From Octopus sinensis (taxonomy: Eukaryota): DNA of 64,000 nt. The stretch covers positions 70,432,001-70,496,000 of the forward strand of contig NC_042997.1 in assembly GCF_006345805.1 (NCBI RefSeq), written 5' to 3'. Every line of letters starts with the position of its first letter. Position 1 is the first letter of the stretch. A program made the position numbers and the translations under genes. The notes below the pieces were generated by a model, which did no database searches, was not told the DNA's origin, and worked only from the letters and a program-made list of their open reading frames with translations. This document shows positions 12,891-25,162 of the stretch, in pieces.

Positions 12891-14261
12891 TGTATACTTA
12901 ATCATATCAAAGGGAAATGGAAATTAATAGAAATTTTCACTTCCAGTGGCCTAACGTGTAAAAGTTTAGTCCAAAGACTATGTATTACTTATAAAATACA
13001 GTGTACATTTAAACACACAAGGAATCCCCTCGTGAGATTCAACACGCTAGAAAGAACACCACAAAATTAGGGATAAAATTCCACAGGAACGAAATGAAAA
13101 AACAAAAACATTTTACCATCTAGTTTCCTGGAGCAATTGGTTTCTGATTTTAGTTCAGCAAATAAATTATATTTTCTCGCTAGGTGAAATCTTTCTCAAC
13201 CATCTACAAGAAGGGAATCAATAATAATCGGCAGTAGCAAAACATTTACAGAGTATGTCCAGTATGCCAATACATGCTTATTATCACAAACAACAGCATC
13301 AAATTAAAGAATTAGTAATAATTTATAGTTACAAAACAATACTTATTAAACAAAGAGCTCAATCTCAAAAAGGACGTTGTGAATGTAAAATTATTACACA
13401 AAAGAACAAGCGAATTAAACATATTAAGGAAGAGAAACTGTTAAAGAATCGATTCAAGATGATAAGAGAAAAACAAGAACTTAAAACACATAGACTATGC
13501 AACGAACAAAGCTACCTAACAACAAGTTACTTTAACCAATGAAAATTTCTACTACAGATAATGGATTATGTTAACTAATCCATTATCTGTATTCTGGGAA
13601 CTGCTCAGACTACACTTAAATTTTAGACAAAACTAATATGCAATGAGTTTGAATCAACATATACACATAAGAACTATAAACATTACAAATTAGTAAAGAA
13701 AATATATCTTAACAAAATTATTCTTTATGTAAAGCTCACGGGCCTCAGAGGAGCCAAAATTAACGTGTTTAACACATTGCTGCCAAAAACCAAAAGACCT
13801 TTATCTACCAACATGCGGAAGTCAATCCTAACTACCCAACGAAATTAACGCTATACACTATTTTGAGGGTCACCCAACTCCCCAAAAGGCAAGAGTTTGT
13901 AAAACGTCGGTACCCAGTGGTGGTGTCGTTGTACACAATAATGAACAACAACTCCACACATGTGAGTGTGCACCCAACAGAAGTGATAAAATGTAATTTA
14001 ACCTTACCTATTTGAAAACTAACTCTCCTAACTATTCCTTGCCCCGCTGTAAGAATATAGTTTCTCAAAATTTCACTTTACTCCCCCAAGCAACTTCCCG
14101 TTGTATTTTATCCACAAAGTTTTGGACGAACCAGTAGTTTCACATACGTGGATTTTCTCAGAGAGATCGAACTCAAAACCGTGTCCTGTGATGATGGAGT
14201 GATTTTTATAATCACACATTAATGCCTTGAGGCTACTCTTTAAAAGAATACCGATTCCAAA

Positions 14262-14441
14262 TTTTGGCATAAGATTAACAACTTCGGGGGTGGGGAGTAA
14301 GCCGATTAAATTGACCCCAGGGTACAACTGTTAACTCATCTTATCGACCCTGGAAGGGATGAAAGGCAAAGTCGACCCTTGCGGAATTTGAAAGTTAAGA
14401 CGGATGAAATGCCACTATAGATTCTGTCACCTCGCCGCCTT
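14262..14441 (-). mobile_element. SINE family A, internally deleted
   Basis: reverse complement of GGCGGCGAGGTGACAGAA...GGGTCGACTTTGCCTTTCATCC...GTCGATAAG. Confidence 0.8.
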
Positions 14442-15348
14442 ATCTATACAAAAAATATTTACTATGTTTATATGGATAACAATTTAATAAAAGAAGTTTA
14501 TAAAAAGAAGCAACGATCAGGGGTAAACAGTAAACAGAACGCTAGGGACGATGAAATTGTCATAGACGAATAGGAAAGCTGTCAAATTTGTTAAATTTTT
14601 TACAGATGCAAAATATCATTTGAAAAGTATATCGGAAATAAATACCCCGACATGTCTTTAATAGTGATATACAGAACATGACAACAACTTCATTAATGTT
14701 AGAAATTAAATTTTTTTTTCTTCAACCAAGCAGCTTTCGCCAAGATACTCGTTGATAATTCTGCTTTCCGTTAAATTATACTAACTTGGAATATGTAAAT
14801 CAATATTACGAATGTGATATAAGAAGTGTCTGAGCCAAGATGGAAATTTCTGTGTAGCTGCACGTCTTGCTAGAAATTGCAACCATTTAATCCTTCAATG
14901 ACACTCATACTGTATAAAATAAGAAAAGATATTTGAATAACATAATACTAGATAGATTATAACAGAAAGCTGACAATATAGTAATGACTTGAACATCTTT
15001 GATTATACAGGCTAAATAACAATAGCAGTAAATACTGATAAATGAAATATAATGATTGATGTAATTGATTAAACTCAAGAAATCAGCGTCATCTTTTTTT
15101 TTAATTTAAGAGAAACGAGAAACAGAGTAAAAAAATATAAGAATATCTTGGTTTCAGCTCTACGCTATAGCAAGCAAAATATGCCCCAGCCTCTATTTCT
15201 AAATGTTGACAGGAAAATATATTTCTTTAATGATCAACAAAGGTGAAATAAAACTCGACTGTATGACGCCATCAGTTTCATAGTTCAGCAACTATGTCTA
15301 CCTCGATAGATAAAGAGATAGATATGAATACATACATACATACATACA

Positions 15349-15439
<91 letters not shown>

Positions 15440-15475
15440 TTCACATATATATACATACATACATACATACATACA

Positions 15476-15568
<93 letters not shown>

Positions 15569-16647
15569 CTTCACATATATATACATACATACATGAATAC
15601 ACATACACACACATATATTTACGTATATGCGGGGAGACAGACGTATATCCATGCATGCATTTACATAATAATATAACGATAAAAACAGTGACAGAAAATG
15701 AACAAATGCAACCGTAAAGGCTTGAATTACTAAATTACTAATTGGATTGCATTTGAAATCTACAACATTAATTTGAAATGTTTGATGCTGAAAACTTTCT
15801 CACATGCAACAGCCTGCATTGTTCTTGCAGTAAAACTAAGTGGTAGTTTGTAAAGCATGCTGACGCGCTACTTTATTTCTTCCGCTTCATTAAACAGTAT
15901 CTTTAATGTGTAGTTCCTACATAGAAGACTTATGTTAAAGAAAAGGAAACCCTGTTGTCACATCCTGACAAAAATGAAATGATTATGAAAGTTAGAGTAT
16001 AAGGTTATATGTTGTTTAATCATACAACATATTGAAGTTATCAAGTCTTGCACATATGCATTCATTTAAAGTATATATTAGCGAAGTCATTTTCTCCTTT
16101 ATAACTTTCTTTTCTTTTATTTTTTTTCCATAATTTTCTTGTTTCTTTCATCAAAACAGCTCTAATCAACTGTGGACCGTCGTGGGAGGATTGATCTTCT
16201 AAATGTTCTGGTTGGTTTAAAGACTTTCTTGTAGTTTATACTCTAAAGTAATTTCCTGTTTCCTCTCCTACTGTATGATATTTTGAATTACAGTGCGCAG
16301 CAAGCTAACGTGATAAAGTGCTCCCACTGTCTAATGTAGTCAACCGTACATCAAATTGTGATGTTGTTACTGCTGCTATTTGGCTCCAAACCAGCTGATA
16401 TCGAGTAATCTTATAATAAAAGTCACTCCAACCGTGTCAAATCCCGCCTTTTCGCATATCCTGGCCTATATTATAGTGTTTCACTCTTCATGTCCTTCTT
16501 CACTCTGTTACTTTCTCTCGGTCGCTTGATAAATACAATACATTCATACATAAATATGTACAAACACATACACACATACACACATGTATTGAGATGCCAA
16601 TAATATATTGGTGTATATATGCACACACATACACACACATAGGTATT

Positions 16648-16870
16648 TTCTCTTTTACTTTACTTAGTCATTAGACTGCGGCCATGCTGGGACACCGCAA
16701 TGAAAGATTTTAGTCAAACAAATTGACCTTGATATACTTTTTCTTTAAAGCCAAGTACTGATTCTATCGGACTTTGTTGCCGAACCACTAAGTTATGAGG
16801 ACGTAAACACACCATTACTAGTCGTCAAGGGTAATGGAGTGCAAGCACAAGCACAGAGACACACACAGAT
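16648..16870 (-). mobile_element. SINE family B, 3' half
   Basis: GACTGCGGCCATGCTGG and GCCGAACCACTAAGTTATGAGGACGTAAACACACC match the family B 3' half. Confidence 0.75.
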
Positions 16871-16893
16871 TTATATATATATATATATATATA

Positions 16894-17694
16894 TAGGGTG
16901 GGGCGGATGTTTTTGAAATAGCTATTACTCGGCCCCAGGGGTGGAGGATATATGTTCGTCAGGTACCATTCTGTCCGTGGTGTCCTAGCATTTTTTGCTT
17001 CTTTTAAGGAGAAGCCACAGTGGACGATAGAGCATCGCATGTTTACCTACGACAACTACGTGAAGAATAACGAGTCTGTCACAGCAATTCAGCGTGATTT
17101 TCGGCGTCACTACATCATTCACTGAAATCAGACTGTTCCCACCCGTAACACAATCTTAAGTTGGGTGAATGCACTTCATACAGGAGCTACAATAATGAAT
17201 ACGCGACCAGCGGAGGCGTCACGAACGGTAAACTCCCCAGAAAATGTGGAACACGTCAGATAAGCTTTGATACGGAGTCCCCTGATTTGTCCATGTGTGA
17301 TTATTTCTTGTGGGGATACCTGAAGGCACGTGTTTATGCGTATAAGCCCAGTACGTTGGACGATTTGAAGGAAGCTATTCCCGTGGAAGTCACCCGAATC
17401 GACAGGGCAATGCTGGAGAGAGTGGAGGCCAATTTCCAAGAAGGCCATCAGAAATGCATCAATGGAAACGGACACCACATGATGGATCTTGTTTTTCCCA
17501 CTTGATGTCAATATAATTTGCTTTGCATACATATGTACAAACACATACGCAAAGACATACACACATATATTCATATGCCAGTAATATATTGGTGTATATA
17601 TGCACACACACACACACACCACACACACATATGCAGCTAGAAGTAGTGAAATTGTGAAGTTTTCAAAAACGTCCGTCCTCTCTGCCCCACCCTG
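16894..17694 (+). mobile_element. internally deleted Tc1/mariner transposon, maT (DD37D)-like
   Basis: TIRs (C/T)AGGGTGGGGC...GGA(T/C)GTTTTTGAAA (left has a 9 bp deletion), TA flanks; N-terminal QWTIEHRMFTYDNYVKNNESVTAIQRDFRRHY fused to C-terminal [20 protein letters not shown]; catalytic core deleted. Confidence 0.88.
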
Positions 17695-17718
17695 TATATA
17701 CATAGATGAATACAAGCA

Positions 17719-17755
<37 letters not shown>

Positions 17756-17778
17756 ATCTTTCTTTCTTTCTCTCTCTC

Positions 17779-17838
<60 letters not shown>

Positions 17839-17929
17839 GTTCGTCTTCTGTTTTCTTTTGTGAATTCTCCCTATATATATATATAATATATATATATAAT
17901 ATATATATATATTAGAGAGAGAGAGAGAG

Positions 17930-18002
<73 letters not shown>

Positions 18003-18034
18003 TATAGATAGATAGATAGATAAACAGATAAGCA

Positions 18035-18488
18035 TAAGATCGTTAAAATACCGATCTTATCAAATGGACAGCATGGGAATAAAAAAATAAATCATAGGTT
18101 TAATTTATTATTAATTATTTTATAATTAAGGGTATCTAAAAGATACCACCAGGCTAGAGATAGAAGTCAAAACTGGACTCTAAAACCACTTCATATATTC
18201 ATATAGCACAAGGTGAAAATACCAATAGACAAATAAACTAGCAGAGCCAGAAATCTGGATCTGAGATTATCTAAAATCTTTTGCTAGTTTATTTGTCTAT
18301 TTTATCTTTTTACCACATTCTGTACGAATATATGAAGTTGTTTTAGAGTCAAGTTTTGACTGCTATCTCTAGTATGGTGGTATTTCTTACATACCCTTAA
18401 TTATAATTTTAATAATAATTAGTACCTATAAGGTTTTTATTACCATGCTAGCTACTTGATATGATCGGTATTCGAAATAAAGATCTTA
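18035..18488. repeat. imperfect long palindrome (about 200 bp arms); partial copies at 18770-18928 and 47545-47740
   Basis: GGGTATCTAAAAGATACCACCAGGCTAGAGATAGAAGTCAAAAC is mirrored by GTTTTGACTGCTATCTCTAGTATGGTGGTATTTCTTACATACCC; terminal 9 bp hairpin ATAAGATCG/CGATCTTAT. Confidence 0.8.
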
Positions 18489-18679
18489 TTTATATGAAAA
18501 TGTATATATTTCCTTCTTCATTATATTTACTACAGTGGTATTTTGACCATATAGCACGTGGAGTTTAGACGGGCAATTATAGCGGTCGTGTATATACGTA
18601 CATATATATATATATATGTATACGAGCGTATATTTAAGTATCCGTATGTTGTATGTATATATATATATTATAATATATA

Positions 18680-18721
<42 letters not shown>

Positions 18722-18930
18722 AATTATGTACTATCTCTGTATAAGTCAATGATAAAGCAGACTATAATTTTGTAGAGCGCTAGAAATCCGGATCTGAGAT
18801 AATCCAAACGTTTTTTGTAGATTATTTGTCTCTTCGTCTTTTCACCTTGTGTTGTGAAGAGGATTTAGAGTCAAGTTTTGACTGCTATCTCTAGCATGAT
18901 CATATCTCTTAGATATCCTTAAGTATAATA

Positions 18931-20201
18931 TTGGGTTGTCCGGAAAGTTCAATCCGATTTATAGTAGCTCACATTTTCGACTTCTTTTTGAACATGGTTA
19001 AGTCCATAAAATAGGATTTCACTACACCTCCATTTAGAGCACAGTTTAAGCTATCATTTCATGGAAGAAGGTTTATGTTCCAATAACCTGTGTTAATTCT
19101 GTAACTCTTTAAAATGGAAGATAAGAAAGTTCATTTTCGGCACTTGATACTTTTCTTTTTCCGTAAAGGGAAAAATGCCTGACCAGCAACCAAAGAAATA
19201 TGTGCAATTTATGGTGATGTTCCTTTATCCGAAAGGAGTGTACAAGATCTCGAGCTGGAGATTGTAGCCTTATTGATAAAGCGCGATCAGACAGAACATC
19301 CACTACAGATGATGACCAAATCAAGTTATTAATTGAGAATAACCCACATTGCACAACCTGAGAATTAGCAGAAAGCCTCAACCTATCAAAATCCGTCGTT
19401 CATGAGCACCTGGTAAAGCTTGGGTACACAAATCGCTACGATGTTTGGTTATAACATGAGTTGAGTGAGAAGAACTTTTTCGATCGCATTACTATCTCTG
19501 AGATTCTCTTTATAAAAGGTATGAAAACGCGCCTTTTTTAAAGCAACTTGAGACAAGTTACGAGAAATGGATTATCTACCGAAATGTTCAGAGAAAGCGA
19601 TCCTGGAGTAAGCGACATAAACCACCCTTAGCCACCCCAAAAGCGGGTCGTCACCCTAAAAAAGTGTTGCTTTGTGTCTGGTGGGATTAGAAAAAATTCT
19701 GTACTATGAGCTTCTCTCAAGTAATCACACAATTAATTCTGAGAAATACTGCATAAAACTGGACGAGTTAAACGCAGCAATCCAAGAGAAATGTCCAGAA
19801 TTGGCCAACAGTAAGGGTGTTGTTTTCCAACATGATAATGCAAGACCGCACGTTTTTTGAGAACCAGACAAAAATTGCTGCAGCTCGGCTGGGATGTGTT
19901 ACCCCACCTTTCATACTCACCCGATATTGCTCCTTCGGATTTCCACTTATTCAGATCTCTGCAGAATAGTCTTAATGGTAAAAATTTCAATTCCTTTGAT
20001 GTCGTAAAAGGATACCTTGATGAATTTTTGCCATGAAACCACCTGAATTCTGGGAAGAGGGTATTTTCAAGTGAAAAGAATGATGGAGACGCATTGTGCA
20101 ACAGAATGGTTCATATTTGGTTGATTAATAATGTAATGGCAAGTATTTATTGACCTTTTTCTTTCCTTTAAAAATCGGTATGAAGTTTCCGGACAACCCA
20201 A
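18931..20201 (+). mobile_element. near-full-length mariner (DD34D) transposon
   Basis: about 30 bp TIRs TTGGGTTGTCCGGAAA.TTCA..CCGATTT, TA duplications at 18929-30 and 20202-03, 1271 bp long. Confidence 0.97.
19114..20128 (+). pseudogene. mariner transposase pseudogene
   Basis: MEDKKVHFRHLI..., EKWIIY, HPKKVLLCVWWD, FQHDNARPH, YSPDIAPSDFHLFRSLQNSL; several stops and frameshifts. Confidence 0.95.
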
Positions 20202-20321
20202 TACATATATATATTCATAAATGAGGGTGAAAAATTAGATATTAATTTAATAATACCATCAGTTTAACACCAAGTGGCTTAGCACATAAAAAACCAGGGA
20301 GACAATACAAATTTATACTTA

Positions 20322-20582
20322 AATATAAGAGAGTTACCGCTAAGTGGTTAACTCTTGTGCTAAAAATAGCTCCTTTTTCTGGTATAGCCACCAAAGTTGT
20401 TTTCACCAAGAAATAACATTACCTTCAACGTAAAGAAAGTGAAATATCTTTTCGCTGTAATTCACTTTCCTTACGTTGAAGGTAAAGTTATTTCTTGGTG
20501 GAAACAACTTTGGTTGCTATACCAGAAAAAGGAGCTATTTTTAGCACTAGAGTTAACCACTTAGCGGTAACTCTCTTATATT
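20322..20582. repeat. fold-back with 122 bp arms and 17 bp spacer beside (TA)n
   Basis: 20322-20443 versus 20461-20582: 5 substitutions, no indels. Confidence 0.95.
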
Positions 20583-20583
20583 G

Positions 20584-20648
<65 letters not shown>

Positions 20649-20716
20649 TATATATATATACATATGTATATATATATACATACATACATACATACATACA
20701 TACATACATACATACA

Positions 20717-20752
<36 letters not shown>

Positions 20753-20819
20753 TATTACTAATTTATGATGAAATTTTTTCCGAAAATTATTTCATCAAAC
20801 GTGGCCGTATATTAAAATA

Positions 20820-20985
20820 TTTGTTCCCAACCTCACCGCTTGATGCCTTTGTAACTTAGCTGTTCCGGAAGAGAGCGATAGAATTAGTATCAGTCTCAGC
20901 TACTGGTCTCAATTTATTAGAGTAAATCCTTGACGAAGTGCCCTAGTACTCTCACATTCCATTGACTGAAAAAGGTAAATCGTGG
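20820..20985 (+). mobile_element. SINE family B, 3' half, strongly decayed
   Basis: GTAACTTAGCTGTTCCGGAAGAGAGCGATAGAATTAGTA...TTGACTGAAAAAGGTAAA. Confidence 0.55.
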
Positions 20986-22093
20986 AAAAGAAACATAACC
21001 ATGACTATTCAATCAATGTACTTAAACAGATAACTTGTAAAACACTTTGGCTGTGTAATTAGAGTTTATGGTCAATACAGTTATGATGTTAATTATTCAT
21101 TAAAAATAAAATTGATATTTCTTTTTTATGCAATATTTTTTACAACCTCCTATAGACAGGGTCTTCATATGTTCCACGAAAAGTATTTGATCCTTGCTCT
21201 GTATAGAAATATTTTATGATACAAGTAATAAAATTAAGAAAATCTGATAAGTTATATGACTTGTCTCCTCTTCTAGAGATTTTGTTTTTCAAAGCCTTTG
21301 GATAAAATCGCTTCGCGCAATTTACGGTTATGAAATATTGAATGGATAAATTCGCTTTCTGTTTTGGAAGGGCTACAGCGAGAGATACTATTTTAGCAAG
21401 AACATGCCTTTCTAATTTCAGAAATGTTTTCAGTATACTCTATGATCGACAAACAGTTAAAGAGTGAAATGTAATTAACAAATGGAAACAAGACATAAAG
21501 CAGCAAATAAAGTTGTGAAAACAAAGCAAAAACGTTTAGATAAACGGTCTGTGGTATATCTATATGGAAGAAATGCAGGGAAAAGAAACGAAACCTCAAA
21601 ATAACATAAACCAAAAAACATAGAAAGATTTCCTTCGGTAAAACACGATTCTCGACGGTGATTTGTTGTATGGAGAATGCTGGTCGTTAGAAGGGACATT
21701 AGGTAAAGTTTTAAACAATTGCTGTATTACGCAATTTTCGCCATTGACTGCTGACTACGTTACTAATTTCTTGTACTTAAATCTTTGTATTAAACACAAA
21801 ATATTGGGTGTTGCACATCACTAGAAAAATCGTATGGTAAGCCAGATAGATGGAATTGAAACAAAAACATGTAACTATATGGTACATACAGAAACATACA
21901 TATACATATGTCTTAAAGTATTTTATTGGAATAATGTGTGTAAAATCAAGTGATATTGTATATGAATATAGGTATAAAGATATATATGTATGTTTGTATG
22001 TATGTATGTATGTATGTATGTATGTATGTGCGCGCGCATGTATGTATCTCTCACTTTTTGTCACACTTTGTCTTTTTTCTCTCCTTCTCCATG

Positions 22094-22126
<33 letters not shown>

Positions 22127-22888
22127 TATATATGTATGTATATGTATATATAATGTAAACATATATACATGATATATACAATATATATATGCACAAAACA
22201 TGCATATATGTTATGTGCGTGTGTGTGCATGTGTACACACACACACACTCCGGCACATATACATACCGTCCTTCGTGTATTCTTTTACTCTTACTATCTT
22301 AAAGACCATCACCCTATCATTTCCATCACATCTCAAACTATCATTCTTATCAACTTATCATATGTTTTTTCTTCTTCAGAAATATCATACTCTCTTATCT
22401 TTATTATATTTCTATTTTATTTCCTGTTATTTTGATTTTGTCTTCATTTTTAATGTATTCGTTTTTTTTTTTTCGTTTCGTTTTTATATTCGACGAGATT
22501 TATACTTTCTTTCTATAATTCCTTCACATTTCAGCATTTTCCTTTCATATTTGTCTTTCAAATAATATTCACTGTATATCTCTCCCCCTCTCCCCCTCTT
22601 TCTCTTCCTCTCTCTCTTTCTTCTTCGTTGTATTTCATATCTCTTGTCACTCTTTTTTATTTATTAGTTATGGTTTCACCTTTATGTCTCTTGATGTTTT
22701 ATAGTTCCTTTGGTCTCTCTATATATTTCTTCTTACTTTTTCCCTTTTTTTGAACAATCACTTTTGTTTTCTTTATATTTTAAAAATGATTTTATTAATA
22801 TTATATTTTTATTTACTGAAATTCTTTATTTTTGTTTCATTGCACACACACACACACACATACACACACCCATATATGTACATGTATA

Positions 22889-22947
<59 letters not shown>

Positions 22948-25030
22948 CAAATACATGCATATGTGTATTAAACATGTGTGTGTGTATTTATGCGTGTGCG
23001 TGGGTGTGTGTATATCTGAGTGTATCTGTGTATGTACATTGTATCCACATATTTTGTTATTGATTGTACTTTTTTCTAAAATATTGCTTGCTATTCTTCT
23101 TATTTTCGTCATCATGATCATGAACATCATCATCATCATCATCATCATCATCATTATTATTATTATTATTATTGCACATATTGTGCTGTTGCTACTCCAC
23201 TCGTATTTATACCATATGGTGAAGCAGTTTCTCATATTTTAGTAGTTCTCACGAAAAGACATGACGTCATTCATTTGATGTGTTCACGTCATTTATTTGA
23301 AATGTTAAGATGGTCATGTCAATTTTTATCATTATCCACTATTACATTAAAGTAAGACCTTATATTTTCTTTCTTTAAAAAAAAAAATTCTGGAAATGCT
23401 TTAAAAATGGAATTTGTCAAAGGAAGAAATTGAGTAATGAAAAAGTATAAAAGATCTGCTTAAATTCTATCAGCCAAAAAGTTATTAAAAGATTAATAAA
23501 AATCATCGATCAGAGTCGTTTGTAAAAAATTTTGAACTTTAAGTCAATGAATCAAGTCTTTGTATATGAAATATTGTATTGATTTCTAAACGTGCTTAAG
23601 AATGCTGTTGTTTAAAAGTAAGCCTTAGATTTCATGGAATATGTAGAGATTATTTCAGAGTGATAAGTTTTCAAGGATGGAATATTTGTCATAGTAGTTT
23701 GTGTAGGTTATAGGGTTTGAAATACGACAGTTGAGAGGAGAGCTGAAGAGACGAATGGACTTCGTATACAATATCGTAGTTAAGTATTGTAGATAGAGTT
23801 CTAATCACAATGTTATAATTATCAAAGAGAGAAGAGGAATGTTTCAGTGTGATAATTAGTGAATATTTGTCCACCAGACAGAAGGATTTTTGTGTGTGTC
23901 CAGAATTATTGACTATGTACCAGCAGCACCGCTTCTAATATCAGTGCTGCAGTCTTTGATATTTTATTGGTATTTGAAAAATAATGTGGCAGATTAAAAA
24001 CTGCTTGAGAAAATAATATCGCCTCGTAATAAATTTTCCTTTTCTCATTTTTTTTTCCATTTCCACTATTTGTGTCTATTCTAAACTATGATTACGACGA
24101 GTATTATCCTGACATAGACATTGAAAATCAGTGCACGGAAAAGTTTTAGCAATACTGATCTGCATCTTATGTACCAAAGTGACACAAGCACTAACTAAAC
24201 GATTGGAAATTTCTCCATACGTGCACACGTGCACCAAAAAATACTAAGAGGCACATACACAAACATATGCGCGCATGTAATCCAAAATCGGAGGAACAGT
24301 CTTGACTAAAACAGAACACAGTTGACATTTTGCTTGTGACTTGGCTGAGTTGTAAAGAAAAGCATCTTAAATTTATATCGAAGAAAAACATACATACGTT
24401 AATATATACACATATACATGTGTGAGTGAGCGCGCTATTGCGTATGCACGTTTATGAGTGCGTATGTGTGTGTATGAAAGATATATCTTATATATGCATA
24501 CATATCTATCTACATGTCTATCTATCCAAACACACACACATAACGTGGCAGACCTACTCAGCTTGATGTTACTACTTTTTAGCCTCAAGAAAACATTTTC
24601 CAACTGGATACCGACACATGATCTGCATTCGTATACTATAAGCAAGGGAGTCTACTTCTCCCTTTCTAGCCGTAGCGATACCTGTAGTATAATAGTTTCT
24701 GGGTAATTTCCCTTACTGGGTAGATGGCAACCACTGTCTAGAGATAACAGCCACTCACTCTTACCACAGTTTATATTTTTAAAGCGACAAACAGTCACTG
24801 ATCTTGTAAAGAGAAAAACAATTAGTTTTAAATCTCTGAGCGAGAAATATGTAGTAAAAGTACCATAAAGTAAAGTCTATTTGCCAACGCAACGTGGCAA
24901 TCCTACGCAGGACAATCTTACTACATTTTAGCACTCCAAAATCATTTTTCCAGCTGGCTACCGACACATGATCTGTGTACGTATACTGTGAACAAAGGAG
25001 TCTACTGCTCTCTTTCTACCTGTAGCGGTA

Positions 25031-25073
25031 CCTGTAGACCAATGGTTTCTGAGGAATATCCCTTCGTCGGTAC
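25031..25073 (-). ncRNA. type I hammerhead ribozyme candidate, mirror copy
   Basis: GTA-CCGACGA-AGGGATATTCCTCA-GAAA-CCATTG-GTC-TAC; 3 bp stem I, irregular stem II, GUC site. Confidence 0.55.
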
Positions 25074-25116
25074 TGTGAGCAAGAGCGAGTGGCTGCTATC
25101 TCTAACCGGCGGATTT

Positions 25117-25162
25117 CCTGTACCGACGAAGGGAAATCACCCAGAAACCATTGGTCTACAGG
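25117..25162 (+). ncRNA. type I hammerhead ribozyme candidate (U4C variant, GUC site)
   Basis: CCTGTA-CCGACGA-A-GGG(aaatca)CCC-A-GAA-ACCA(t)TGGT-C-TACAGG; perfect 6 bp stem I; predicted cleavage after C25156. Confidence 0.72.

Noticed and set aside
13780-14260. NHSIITGHGFEFD resembling a Penelope GIY-YIG segment
   Set aside because: One short motif with no collinear support.
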